From: Octopus sinensis
Taxonomy: Eukaryota
Length of the DNA stretch: 64,000 nucleotides
NCBI RefSeq assembly: GCF_006345805.1
Contig: NC_043011.1
Coordinates: 1,922,001 to 1,986,000 of the forward strand
Reading direction: 5' to 3'
Within the stretch, counting starts at the first letter, position 1. Each line of letters begins with the position of its first letter. Below, one piece after another: positions 1 through 11,803 of this stretch. The position numbers were made by a program, and so were the translations under genes. Below the pieces are notes generated by a model. That model saw only the letters and a list, made by a program, of their open reading frames with translations, did no database searches and had not been told where the DNA came from.

Positions 1-208
1 ATGACTGATAGAATAAATACCAGGCTTAACCCCGCCACACACCTACATGCACACACTCACTCACTCTCTCTCTCTCTCTCACCCCCCCACTCACACACAC
101 ACTCACCCACCCCCCAAGTACTGGTATTGATTCATTTCACTAAAACCTTTTAAAGTAGGGCTGCATCATTGCTGGTCATTCAATGACTTCAACAAGTAAA
201 AGATAAAA
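1..208 (+). mobile_element. 3' tail remnant of SINE family B, split by a CA/TC microsatellite
   Basis: GATAGAATAAATACCAGGCTT ... AATGACTTCAACAAGTAAAAGATAAAAG resembles the tail of the intact copies at 28996-29402 and 32333-32727. Confidence 0.55.
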
Positions 209-429
209 GTTGTTCTTTAGCCACAGGTCAGGCTTTGTAAAACAGCTCTGTAATGTAAAATACCCTTAGACACAGTGCATGTTATCTTATGTATTTTTCC
301 CTTTTTTAAGATGGCAAAGTATGATTTTTAAGTAGGTTTGTATAATACTTCTATTAGAATAGCACCTGTATAAAGGCTACTTTGTTGGCTTGATTCCAAT
401 ATAATAACAGTGGTACATAATTTAGCTGT

Positions 430-720
430 ATGGTTGAATATCTTCTACTGTAGCTTTGGGTTGACCAAGTAAAGTGTCTATGGAATTTGGTCGTCAGAAA
501 CTAAATTGAATCCCATCTCATGTATATGTGTGTGTGTATGTGTGTGTGTGCATTTGCATTTGAGTTTTACCTCTTTGTTGCCCATAACTTAGCAGTTTGA
601 TAGAGATTGATAAAATAAATATACCAGACTAAAATACCTCCAAGGATTGATATGATTAATGGACTCACAAAATCAGTGCCCTAGCAGTACTTTGAGATAA
701 GTGAAGACAATAAAATATAA
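430..720 (+). mobile_element. Decayed SINE family B
   Basis: Degenerate body (TTGGGTTGACCAA, GGAATTTGGT..AGAAACT), internal (TG)n and tail AACTTAGCAGTTTG..GATAAAATAAATA, in the same order as family B. Confidence 0.5.
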
Positions 721-824
721 GTGATATAGAAACTATATTTCTCTCAGTTATCAGTATTGCTTTAATGTTTTAATAGTGATAACTGATGGAAACAATTAAA
801 TCAGTAAAGTTTACAATAATTAAA

Positions 825-828
<4 letters not shown>

Positions 829-870
<42 letters not shown>
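829..870. repeat. (AG)n microsatellite
   Basis: Pure AG run seen directly. Confidence 0.95.
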
Positions 871-871
<1 letters not shown>

Positions 872-1632
872 AAGATAGAGTGAGACTATTGCATCAATCC
901 TAATATCCTAATGTAGATATGACCAAAATCTTGCAAGCATTGAAACATGAGTGCATCTACTTCACATTTTTGATGTGCCTGTTTACTTTTTGCTTCAAAT
1001 ATTCGCATCTCTTGGAAAAACATTTGTCTGATTTATTTTATATAAATTTAAACTTCAATCAATTCTAATTTGATATATATTTTAGCTTCAGACATAATCA
1101 TAGCTTAAATTGCTAAAGAAAAATCTTCAAAAAGTGACTCAGGCGCTAAATGAGGTATTGGATATTTTTCTTTTGATATTTGCAACAAAAATTAAATGAA
1201 AGATATGTTCAAATATAGAATATACTTATAAACGATGCTTTTATTCCAATTAATATGGTAAAATCTTTGTTTGTAGTATTAATAGGCTACCAATCTAGAT
1301 CGTTTTATATTGGAAACCGAATATTATGTAAAATAGTTTACTTTAAAGTAGACAAAATTCTATATGTATGTATTTTCATTTCACAAATCACATTTAGAAA
1401 ATTAGAATTATTTGTGGTTGTAGCATTTAAAATGAACATATTGATGGATGGTTGAAATTAGCTTTTTTATAAGATTTTTTTTCAGTTATATATTCACTAT
1501 TGACATACTAAAATTCAACTATACTAATATGCTTCCTACAAGATGCAGATGGTTAAGGTGCTGAGAAACCAAACTGCAAGATCAAGATTTAGATAGTTCA
1601 TGTTCAAACACAAACTGTTCAGTATCTTCTCA

Positions 1633-2780
1633 CCCTTTAGCCTTCAGATTGCTCCATCAAACGTAATGCTTATTTGTTCACATTAATTGTGCATTGTGTC
1701 ATAACTTCAGGAGTGGAGGCGCAATGGCCCAGTGGTTAGGGCAGCGGACTCACGGTCATAGGGTCGTGGTTTCGATTCCCAGACCGGGCGTTGTGAGTGT
1801 TTATTGAGCGAAAACACCTAAAGCTCCACAAGGCTCCGGCAGGGGATGGTGGTGATCCCTGCTGTACTCTTTCACCACAACTTTCTCTCACTCTTACTTC
1901 CTGTTTCTGTTGTACCTGTATTTCAAAGGGCCGGCCTTGTCACTCTCTGTGTCACGCTGAATATCCCCAAGAACTACGTTAAGGGTGCACGTGTCTGTGG
2001 AGTGCTCAGCCACTTACACGTTAATTTCACGAGCAGGCTGTTCCATTGATTCGGATCAACCAGAACCCTCATCGTCGTAACCGATGGAGTGCTTCCAACT
2101 TCAGGATTTCAATGATGTTAAAGTGGCTGTTGTTGGCTGTTCAAGTACATGTTATTAAATGGAAAAACAGTTAGTATGAATCACCATAAGACATTTTTGT
2201 GTATAAATATATTGTTTATTCTGTGTTCACCTTTTGTGGTGGAAACATGTTAGTATGATATAAGAACATGTCTGTTTACATACAAAGAAAGTTTTGATTT
2301 TTGCTTTTGCACTGAAAGAAGTAACATACAATATTTGTATTACAGTATGTATGCATGTGAGCAATGAGAACAGTCATTTTGAGAATGTGTGTGTGATGAA
2401 ATATCTTCACTTATGAACCATATATCATGTGTCGAGGTGAATAGACATATGAGTCACACATGGGAGATTGCGCATGGACCTGCAGAGAAGACATGTGTCT
2501 TTGACCAAAGCCTGGTAGGAACTGAGGTCGTTCTACAGTGTAGCTCAGAACGAGGCTAGTATATCAAAGCGAGGCTAGTTGCCTCATCGATATATTTGCC
2601 TGCTGAGCAGGTTGGCTCATACATTACTATGCCTAAGTTATGTAGCTCTTCTACAATGTGGTTGTTTCTTTTTAGAATGACATTGTAGTGAAGGTTTGAC
2701 CAGCTGCATATAGCTGGTTTGAATATAAAACAGGTAGAATATGTGGTCTACGTGAGGCTGGTTCGAATGATAAAGGTTTA
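1633..2780 (+). mobile_element. piggyBac-like MITE broken by later insertions (pieces about 1633-1712, 2097-2125, 2655-2780)
   Basis: Starts CCCTTTAGC; pieces are collinear with the copy at 53549-53777 (TTTAGAATGACATTGT, TTTGAATATAAAACAGGTAGAATAT). Confidence 0.55.
1713..2096 (+). mobile_element. tRNA-derived SINE family C, tail type 1
   Basis: A-box TGGCCCAGTGG, B-box-like GTTTCGATTCC; 10-bp TSD AACTTCAGGA at 1703-1712 and 2097-2106. Confidence 0.85.
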
Positions 2781-3476
2781 CACAGCTTGTTGCAAATATT
2801 ATCACTTTGCAAATTAGTACAATATACGGTGCAGATTGCAACAATTTGTAGCAGAATTTCAAGAAAATCAAAAGTATATTCTGTTAACTTCAAGTGGTGA
2901 GTTTCCTCATCTATGTGTCCAGAGCATAGACAAAAGGCTTTTTTCCAAATACTGTTTCAATCACCATCACACTGATACATTTAAGGTATCCCTGAACTAA
3001 ATAGTTTGGTACAAAAATAACAAGCTGCCGGACGAGATAGTGAAGATGCCAATGACCGCGTGGTTCAAAGTCTTTCTTGACCAGAAATGGCCTGAACTCT
3101 TTGTATGAACACCCTCCCTGTAAATAACTCCATGTCCCCCTACATGGCCTTGCTTTTGCTTTTTGAGCCAAAAAAATTAAATTGAAATTAAAAATTTTTT
3201 TAAATGATTTACAAAGATTATGTTTTCATGAAACTTTAGAGCACTGATGAGAGTTACCATAAATATCTAGTGTCTCACTTCTCTAACAGAAAACTGACTT
3301 TTATCATTATCAGTGCCAGTGGCTTTGGCAGCATTGGCAACAGCGTCAGCAGTGTCAGCAGCAGTGGCATTGTTGGTGTTGTCATTTAACATCCATGTTC
3401 CATGCTGACATGAGTTTGATGGATTGATAGAATTCAGTGGATCTAAGAACTGCCTCATGCTTCTGTAAGAATTAAC

Positions 3477-3642
3477 ACTTCCTTCTCTAAGCCTAGATTC
3501 GAAACCGAATCCAAGAATCCTCGGTCGCCCAAACCACGACAACCAACAAAGCAAATCTTCTTTTCGCGCCTGTTGGTTGTCGTGGTTTGAGCAACCGAGG
3601 ATTCTTGGATTCGGTTTCGAATCTAGGCTTAGAAAAGGAAGT
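3477..3642. repeat. Near-perfect inverted repeat (72-bp arms, 22-nt loop); MITE-like or hairpin RNA
   Basis: 3477-3548 matches the reverse complement of 3571-3642 at 69/72 positions. Confidence 0.9.
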
Positions 3643-4340
3643 ATATGTACTCTATTCAAGCAACTCGTAGCAGTTGCCTGCATTTTGTATGTAGTGACAA
3701 ATCACTAAACTAACACTGTAAATAAATATCTTTTCAATCATAAATCGCTTTATGTATTTGTTTACATACACACTTAACCACTACACTTCAATGTCTACTT
3801 TGGCATAGTTTTTGCAACTGGATACCTTTTTGAAATACTGGTTTCTTCACACCATGTACTGAGGGCATTTTTGTGACACTGGCACTGGTTATGCTGCCAT
3901 GCAGCTTGCAATACTAAGGTCACCTTTGGTTGAACTGGGCCATGCAAATTTTGTTTTCATGTAATAGTTCAAAGGAAATCAACAAACTGAAGCAGTTTCT
4001 CAATTTTCATGTCTATGCACCAACTAACTGAACACGTATTGCTTATAATCCTATTTCTTTCCTTTTAGAGATAAGGAACTTAGCTTGAGATTCAGTATAA
4101 TGCTATTGAAAGTGTATGAACTAGTAAGCAGGCAAAAGTTAGTTAAACAAAACTCCATCTCCATTTATATCCTCTCATATAAGTAATATCATTGGTTGAT
4201 TAAATTGTCTATATTTATTTTACAAAGTTTGTTTTGAAAGTACATGATTTTGGGTTCAATCTGACTGTGTAACACGTTGGTCAGTTACCTCCTTCCGTAG
4301 CCTCAGCTTGACCAAAATCTTGGAAACTATGTGGAATTCT

Positions 4341-4574
4341 TATTTCTTTATTACCCACAAGGGGCTAAACACAGAGAGAACAAACAAGGACAGACAAACA
4401 AATTAAGTTGATTATATCGACCCCAGTGTGTAACTGGTACTTAATTTATCGACCCCGAAAGGATGAAAGGCAAAGTCGACCGCGGCGGAATTTGAACTCT
4501 GAACTTAGCGGCAGGCGAAATACCGCTAAGCATTTCGCCCGACGTGCTAACGATTCTGCCAGCTCACCGCCACT
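4341..4574 (-). mobile_element. tRNA-derived SINE family A
   Basis: Reverse complement of GGCGGTGAGCTGGCAGAATCGTTAGC..GAGTTCAAATTCC..GTCGACTTTGCCTTTCATCCTTTCGGGGTCG..AAAGAAATA; TSD AT(G/A)TGGAATTCT at 4329-4340 and 4575-4586. Confidence 0.85.
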
Positions 4575-5689
4575 ATATGGAATTCTGTAAGAGGGGCCAT
4601 TCCTGTCCTTGGAAGGCTGAATTAATCCATTGCCTGGTTAAATGCCACCACCTTGTTTTTGTGCGTCTTTATAAAGCCCATTACGTCACATGCAGTTGGA
4701 ACAGGTCTCCAGTTTGAGAATAAGTTCTTCCTATCAGTGTTGGAGGACACGGAAAATGATTATGGTCATTGGCCTTTCTCCTCCAACAAAATTTTATGAA
4801 TAAGTAATTTAAATTCCTTGATGCCCCACTATCAAGTTTAAAGAAAAAAACCTGCATTTATTATTTTGTAAATAAAAATGTATTTATTAATTAAGCATAT
4901 AAATATGTATTTTTCCTAGCATATTCATGCATTCTTAATACGTTTAGCAGATTTGAATATGAATATCTAATTGCTGCTGAGTTTTTTGTCTTTTTTGCAG
5001 TAGAGAACATTTCTTCCCTTTAGATGTTGTTTGTTCATAACACACTCAATTCACTGGTGTAAGGGTTTTTGAGACACTGTGGTATTCGAAACTTGTTGTG
5101 TGTCTCCTCATTTGAAGTTACTTTGCTGGACCTATGAATTTAACAAGAGCACAAGCTACTGCTTATAAGAATCAACAAGCAAAAGATTTGTTGATCCATG
5201 CAAAACAGTGAGAACCCAAACAATAATGTATTTTTCATCAATGGAGAAACCTCTGCTCTTTAGACAAAGTGTGTCAATAACACACGCATAGGACAAATCA
5301 GAGAGAATGTAGAATGTATAAAGAGTGAATAGATATCCTTATTGTATGGATTCTCATCATTCTGCATGTACTGTATTAAATGTTATCTCTTTGTTAAACA
5401 TCAGCACCCTTCAGCAAGTAAATTGTTTGCTGATCTCTATAAACAAGAGCTTCTGCTCTTATTACATTTATTAGTCCTGCACAATAGCTTTGACTGAGAA
5501 GACGCAGAATAAGGTCAAAATACCATAGTGTCTTGAAGTTCCTTTACACTGGTGAACTGTGTGTATTATGAACACCCATCGTTTAAAGACAGCAGTAGTC
5601 AGATATGTTCAAGTTTGCCAGAATGTATTAAGAAGGAATAGATATATTGCTGTTGTGCATGCAGTTTATGAATTAAAATATACATTTTC

Positions 5690-6030
5690 GACCCTGTGCT
5701 TGAGGAGACCTATTGAGTCAAGTACACCAACATCAAAAATCAATAGAAATTGTAGTTGTGATCCCTGTGCCGGTGGCACGTAATAAGCACCATCCGAACG
5801 TGGCCGATGCCAGTGCAACCCTGACTGGCTTCCGTGCTGGTGGCACGTAAAAAGCACCCACTACACTCACGGAGTGGTTGGCGTTAGGAAGGGCATCCAG
5901 CTGTAGAAACACTGCCAGATCAGACTGGAGCCTGGTGCAGCCTTCTGGCTTCCCAGATCCCCAGTCGAACCGTCCAACTCATGCTAGCATGGAGAACGGA
6001 CGTTAAACGATGATGATGATGACGATGACA
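5690..6030 (+). mobile_element. RTE LINE 3' UTR/tail (5'-truncated copy)
   Basis: Collinear with the 3' UTR after the RT at 59720-60238; ends CGTTAAACGATGATGATG. Confidence 0.85.
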
Positions 6031-7722
6031 TTGAATATTCATTAAAGTATTGTTAAAATAAGTTCTGACACTTGAATGATTACAATTTCTCCATTAGTTG
6101 TCAGAACCCTTAGATTTTTCTTGTGATTGTAATCCAAAAATTATTTCAAGTGAGCTAAATATGCATTTTGTTTCAAGTTGAATAATGCACGTGCAAGTTA
6201 CTTATTTTATTAGTGTATTCAGTACTACAGGAAGCAGAAAATGAAAATGAAGCAATATTCTTTTATTATTGATGAGATTAGTCAGCTGTCAGAAATGTTA
6301 AAAGTGCTAACCTAAATATTATACTCTATTTAGCTTTTATCTATCTTGGTTATCATTTACAATCTGTATGCTTTTCTCAGAAAAGCACTTACTCCTCAAA
6401 GTAACACACGACTGATTCTATGCCCACTCCAGCAAAACTCAACATTGCAACAAGTCAAAAAGATAATTGAAATGAAAGTAATACATTCTGAGTGACAATG
6501 ATTCAGAGGGTTTATGCTTAGTACCAGATCATTCCCTTTATGATCCTAATTCTAAAAGTCCACTTATTACCAAATCTTAAAAGGGATTTCAGAGTGCCAC
6601 GGAGGTATTTGCAGAGTTTGCTGAATTAGATCAGTATGATGTGATGCTAATCTTGGATGAAAAGACCAAGTGGGGTACTTAGCAACAGAAGTGCTGCCTG
6701 TTACTTACAGGTCAATGTAAGGATTAGAAAACTTGATTCAACGAGTTCACAATAGAAGAAATCAATGATGTTATTCTGTGATATTTGATTTATATAACCA
6801 ATGAAGTGTGCATTCGTATAGTGGATTAATGGTTTGAAGATTATGAACGATTTTTAGTTATTTCTGATCCTGCAGCTTTATACAGCAGCTATTCCTCTGA
6901 TCACATCAAACTCACAGTGTATAACATGAAATCTGGATGGTTTTGATCAAGATGTGATGAGATGCTGGAAAAACGAATCATGCTTTTTCATAGTGTATGT
7001 TTGCATGTATATTTGAATTTAGTTTCCTTTATTAATCCCAACATTTCAAAGGCCATGTTTCATATAAAAGAATTTAGTATAACTTGTAACATGGTGGAAC
7101 TATCAGTGACTAAACTAGCAACTCTACCAAACACTGGCTTGGTTAGGAGGGTGGTGATTTTTGTTGGACACTCTGCAGGACAGGAAACAAAGCCTGTTAA
7201 AGAATGGATGGACTCACTAGAACCAATAGCCATCCAAGTATATAAATCTTCCTTTGTTTGCTCTGAAGATAAATACTGGTGGTGGTAATCACCACAGAAT
7301 AACCAGCTTCAATGAATGCAGACAGGTCTCTCAGAAGTTTTGGCTGACAACCTGTCAAGTGGTATGATGTAACTACTGGCTGGTGGTAACCTTAAAACAC
7401 ACATCTCATTTGCAAGAAAAATGTCTAAAATGAAATGTAATCCTAACGATGCCCACGATTAGTTGATCAGTTCAGAACAAATTAAGATCAAGAAGTGAAT
7501 AGAAAAGGTTGAACAAGGGGAAATTACAATGGCAGTGCAAAAGGAACAGTAGGAGACTACAGTTCTAGAAGAAACACTCACTGAACAAGAAAATCAACAG
7601 AGCTTGGACATGGAAGGAGGAAATGTACCAGCTATACAGAACCTTAGTGTACCTCAAACTGGAGAATCACCAGAAGAAATTACCTCCACAACTAGCTAAA
7701 ATATACAACAGAATTCATTGAA

Positions 7723-7899
7723 TCTATATTTAAGAGACGAGGAATTATGTACATTATTTACATTATTTACATTTGACGGATATTTGTCCTTTTCTTGATT
7801 GTTATTAACACAACATTTTGGCTAATATACCCTCCAGCCTTCATCAGGTGTCTTGAGAAAATTTCGAACCTGGATTCTCATTCCTAAGGTATTTTTTGA

Positions 7900-7933
<34 letters not shown>

Positions 7934-8146
7934 GTTATTATTATTATTACTATTTTTCAGGCCACTCCCTGGAATCGAACTTAGAATCTTCGGGCTAGTA
8001 GCCCGCGCTCTTAACCACTATGCTATGCCATATGCCCGCGGACGTAGTGGTCAAGAGCACAGTCTACTAACTCCAAATTTTCCAAGTTTGATTCCAGGCA
8101 GTGACCTGACTAATAATAATAATAATAATAATAATGTAAATAATGT
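7723..8146 (-). mobile_element. Composite insertion: inverted pair of tRNA-like heads + (TAA)n + hammerhead-bearing PLE-type tail
   Basis: 13-bp direct repeat AGAATTCATTGAA at 7710-7722 and 8147-8159; A/B boxes on both strands at 7958-8108; hammerhead core on minus strand at 7807-7852. Confidence 0.75.
7807..7852 (-). ncRNA. Decayed minimal type I hammerhead ribozyme
   Basis: Minus strand GACAC-CTGATGA-A-GGCTG(loop)TAGCC-AAAA-TGTT-GTGTT: stems I and II pair, CUGAUGA intact, GAAA changed to AAAA. Confidence 0.7.
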
Positions 8147-9299
8147 AGAATTCATTGAAGTTATGTGATAGAGCAAAGCTAAGCTTAAAAGTCATGAAAG
8201 TGAAAGAAGTTGTTATGAAAATCTCATCATGTAGCAACACTGAATGGTGGTGCCCCAGCATGGCCACAGCTCGTGAGCTGAAACTAGATAAAATATAAAA
8301 TATATTGAAAAAATGTAAGAACATCAGCAGGGTTAAATTTTTTTATGTATGTCACTGCCTACATCATCACAGGAAAGATGAAGATGTTCAGAGATGAGAA
8401 AGAACAGAGAAGCAAAGAACTATTCTGGAAAAGGAGAATAAAAGAAAACATTGACACCTGATGAAAGGGTTTAAGTACAATTGAGAAGGTAAGAAGAGGA
8501 AATATGAGTTTCGGTCAAAGTGAATAGAACTACATGAATAAAAGAATACCACATGGAGGAAAATGGCACTTTGTCTGGGATATGTTGAAACAGAAAGTGG
8601 ATGAATCAAAGGATACGAAGAACAGTACCGACAGTTCAAACTGAGCCAACTATGAAAAACAAATCAGAAACTGATCTACAATATTCTAAATGGAGGAAAC
8701 AGGGAGGAAGCAGAGTTACCGGATTCCACAGAAAGAATTTGGTTTCGAAGCAAGATCTGGCCAGAGGAAGTAAATACAAGTGGGTTACTTAGTGAGTGGT
8801 GTCATGGATGTTTTTTCATGGACATGGATACACATGGACATGCACACACACACACACACACGATAAATTTCTGTACAGTTTTTATGAAATCCTATGCACA
8901 ATCTGTTGAAGCAATCTAAAGTTATACTAGAAACCTCTCACCCTAAGTGCTGTATAGTGAAATCTCTATGCTTGCATCTATATTATGTTTCAATAATACT
9001 TGGCTGTTCCAAACAAACCAAACTTTAACATCTTTGATTATTCTGTTTACAATGTTTAGAATATATGTGTGTGTGAATACATACAATATCCTGATATATA
9101 TTGTATGTGTATTAGAATCTGTGTTTTTCTATGCTAATTATTGTGTTGCAAATGCTAAAATATTCAATATTCAATACATTATTTTATTGAATTTCAGTTT
9201 TTAATACTGCAGGCTTTTAAACATTCATTATCCCAGAAGACCTCTAAATTTTGTTTCATCTCTTATGAGACCACAACATTAATAGAAATACAAACTATT

Positions 9300-9511
9300 A
9301 TACTATACACACACACGCACACACACTCATGCACACAGACACACACAAACATATATATTTCTCTCTCTTTCTCTCTCTATATATATATTTATATATATAT
9401 ATATACATACATACATATCTATGTATATATGTATGTATATATACATACATATCTACGTATATATGTATGTATGTATGTATGTATATGTATACACACACAG
9501 ACATATATGTG

Positions 9512-9576
<65 letters not shown>

Positions 9577-9645
9577 CATATGTACACATACATATATATA
9601 TATGTACATATACATATACACACACACACACACTTATATATATGA
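9300..9645. repeat. Compound (CA)n/(TA)n/(TATG)n microsatellite
   Basis: Seen directly; accounts for the YIYI/HTHT ORFs in the track. Confidence 0.95.
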
Positions 9646-9899
9646 TAAAATAAGTTGTTTTGTCTATTGGGAAATACCAAATCTTTTTTGTTAACAATAT
9701 CTCCATACATTACTGGAATATAATTCAGTTATCTATTTCCACAATCACTGTTCTTCTTCTTTGTGGTTTTATCTTTTCTTGGAATGTCTCATTTTATTCA
9801 AGCTAAACATTTCAATTGAAATCCCTCACAACTTCTGATATAGCTTTATACTTCTCATAATATAAAATTCTAATCATATCAACCAGCATGTGCATTTGA

Positions 9900-11075
9900 G
9901 GACATCTTCATATTACAGGCATTTCATGTATTGATTTCTTTGAAGAACTTCTCCACTTGCCCCAGTAATGTTCTACTAACATGCACAAGGTGCACTGAGC
10001 AAACATTGTTGAGAAGACTGATGTCTCCCATGAATTCTTGAAGACCTGTAGAGTGAATATTTGGTCTGTTGAGCTACCCTTTCTCAAATACTTAGTGCAG
10101 ACTTTACTGGAGAGCCCAGCAAAGAAGTTCCTCTATAATTAGGGCACTCTCTCATTTCCCTTCTCATCACTCCAGGTTCCCATACTTTAGTGCCTTCCCA
10201 GAGGTACAAGTCAGCTAGAGAATACCTTCTCTATTTTAAGGCTTTTAACATCTCAGGTTCAATTTCATTCTTTGCAGCAGCCTTACCATATTTCAGCCTT
10301 TAATATCCCTGTGGCTTCAGCTCGCTCTGGGAGGTTAGTTTTTGCCCCTAGATACACCACATATATATCCAATGATTTTATTCTGACTGGGTTAGGGATA
10401 TAGCAAGGTATTCTCTCCTTATCCCAAGGATATTTTTATGCATAAAGAGAAGGTTCCCAGTTAAGTTCTTAATGACAGCAGTGGAATATGGTAGTATTCA
10501 CATGTGAAAGAAGGCAGGAGGCTGAGTTTGACGTTAAATTTGCAGCCGATGACACAGTAGTGCACCAACTTCAGCATTTGATTCTCAAAAGATTAGAGGT
10601 TGGTATAAAAGCCAAACTTTGCTACTTTGGATTCAGTTTTCATGCCTATCCATACTTAAATGATGGGTAATGACTGAAACAGTGAAATTGGAAATGCAAG
10701 TCACCTAAATGAGATGTGTAGCTTAGAGATCAGATGGTCTCTGAAGTTTGAGGTACTACTTCTCCGTATTGTGATGTCATAGATATCTAGTACAATGGAA
10801 ATGGGACTAGAATGTCACAGCTCTGATACTAATGATATGTAACTGGAATGTTACAAGATAGATTCTTCAAGCTGAACCAAATGGCAGAAGACCAAGGGAT
10901 AAACCAAGAATGCAATGATTGGATAATATCCATAGTCTGAATTGGTCATGCATGAGAATCTAACCAGTAAGTGTAATAATGGTTGCTTCTGATAGAACCC
11001 TATAGAGGAGGTGCTCAAGGACTCTATCTCCACAAACCTTCCAGGAATGGTGGGCAGTGAAAAATGGATGGATGA
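9900..11075 (+). mobile_element. Decayed RTE-like LINE
   Basis: VKFAADDTVV resembles the RT (Y/F)ADD motif; LQAEPNGRRPRDKPRMQ*LDNI resembles the RTE C-terminal GKRPRGRP..W.D.I. Confidence 0.55.
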
Positions 11076-11272
11076 ATTTCTTTGAAGTTGGTAAATTCTA
11101 ATGTTTATAGGACACAAGATAATTAAATTGAACTTTGAGTATTACTGGTATTTAATTTATTGAAGCAAAAAGAATGAAAGATGGAATGAATATGGACAAA
11201 AATTTACCTCAGAAACAGAGACTGACAGTTAAATTATTACTATACTCATTGATTGGGACTATGGTTTGACAT

Positions 11273-11498
11273 CGAGCTGGCAGAAACGTTAGCATACCGG
11301 ATGAAATGCTTAGTGGTATTTCATCTGCCATTACGTTGTGAGTTCAAATTCTGCCAAGGTCGACTTTGCCTTTCAGCCTTTTGGTGTCGATAAATTAAGT
11401 ACCAGTTACGCACTGGGGTCGATATAATCGACTTAATACCTATGTCTGTCCTTGTTTGTCCCCTTTATGTTTAGCCCTTTGTGGGTAATAAAGAAATA
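11273..11498 (+). mobile_element. SINE family A
   Basis: Family A body; TSD GGTTTGACAT at 11263-11272 and 11499-11508. Confidence 0.85.
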
Positions 11499-11726
11499 GG
11501 TTTGACATATTGTATTTATCCCAGTCTGTTTGACTGACAAAACTGATTCCTTGATTGAGAAAAATGCAGATTTTCAGCCATATTAAAATAATGGGTAAGT
11601 GGCAAAGGCAACCTGAAAATACAGAAAAAAAAAGTTAGGGAAGTAATTTTTTATCCTCAAATGCAGATAATGCTAATAATATAGCATGAACAGGATAAAC
11701 TACCCATACTTTGCAGAAAAATGTGT

Positions 11727-11803
11727 TGGCGGCCAGCCATGAGACTCGAACTCACACCCCTGTGATTACATGTCGCAGTGTTTTACATTTAAACTAAACT
11801 GCC
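11727..11803 (-). pseudogene. tRNA-like pseudogene (Lys/Thr-like) ending in CCA
   Basis: Minus strand GGCAGTTTAGTTTAAATGTAAAACACTGCGACATGTAATCACAGGGGTGTGAGTTCGAGTCTCATGGCTGGCCGCCA: T-arm GTGAG-TTCGAGT-CTCAT, anticodon arm TGCGA-CATGTAA-TCACA; acceptor and D arms defective. Confidence 0.6.

Larger units (their letters stand above)
6380..8790 (+). pseudogene. Very old decayed ORF, probably non-LTR (RTE-like) reverse transcriptase
   Basis: One frame from about 6490 to 7290 is mostly open with scattered stops; only faint RT-like segments (TLQQVKKIIEMK, FNEFTIEEINDV); interrupted by the 7723-8146 insertion. Inference. Confidence 0.3.

Noticed and set aside
1713-1790. SINE heads (families A, B, C and 7958-8108) as functional tRNA genes
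   Set aside because: A/B boxes present but no complete cloverleaf, and each continues into a repeat body
3267-3683. 138-aa ORF, among the longest in the track
   Set aside because: Runs through the palindrome and a GCA-rich low-complexity tract; no domain motif
7090-7200. TKLATL..G..RRVV.FVGHSAG resembling tyrosine-recombinase box II or a lipase GxSxG motif
   Set aside because: Catalytic Tyr and H-x-x-R are absent and no other hydrolase motifs are present; context fits a decayed LINE better
9298-9710. Many ORF-track proteins rich in YIYI, HTHT or CVCV (also 14399, 23134-23709, 26883-27414, 34192, 35946, 60398-61237)
   Set aside because: Translations of TA/CA/TG microsatellites, which lack stop codons
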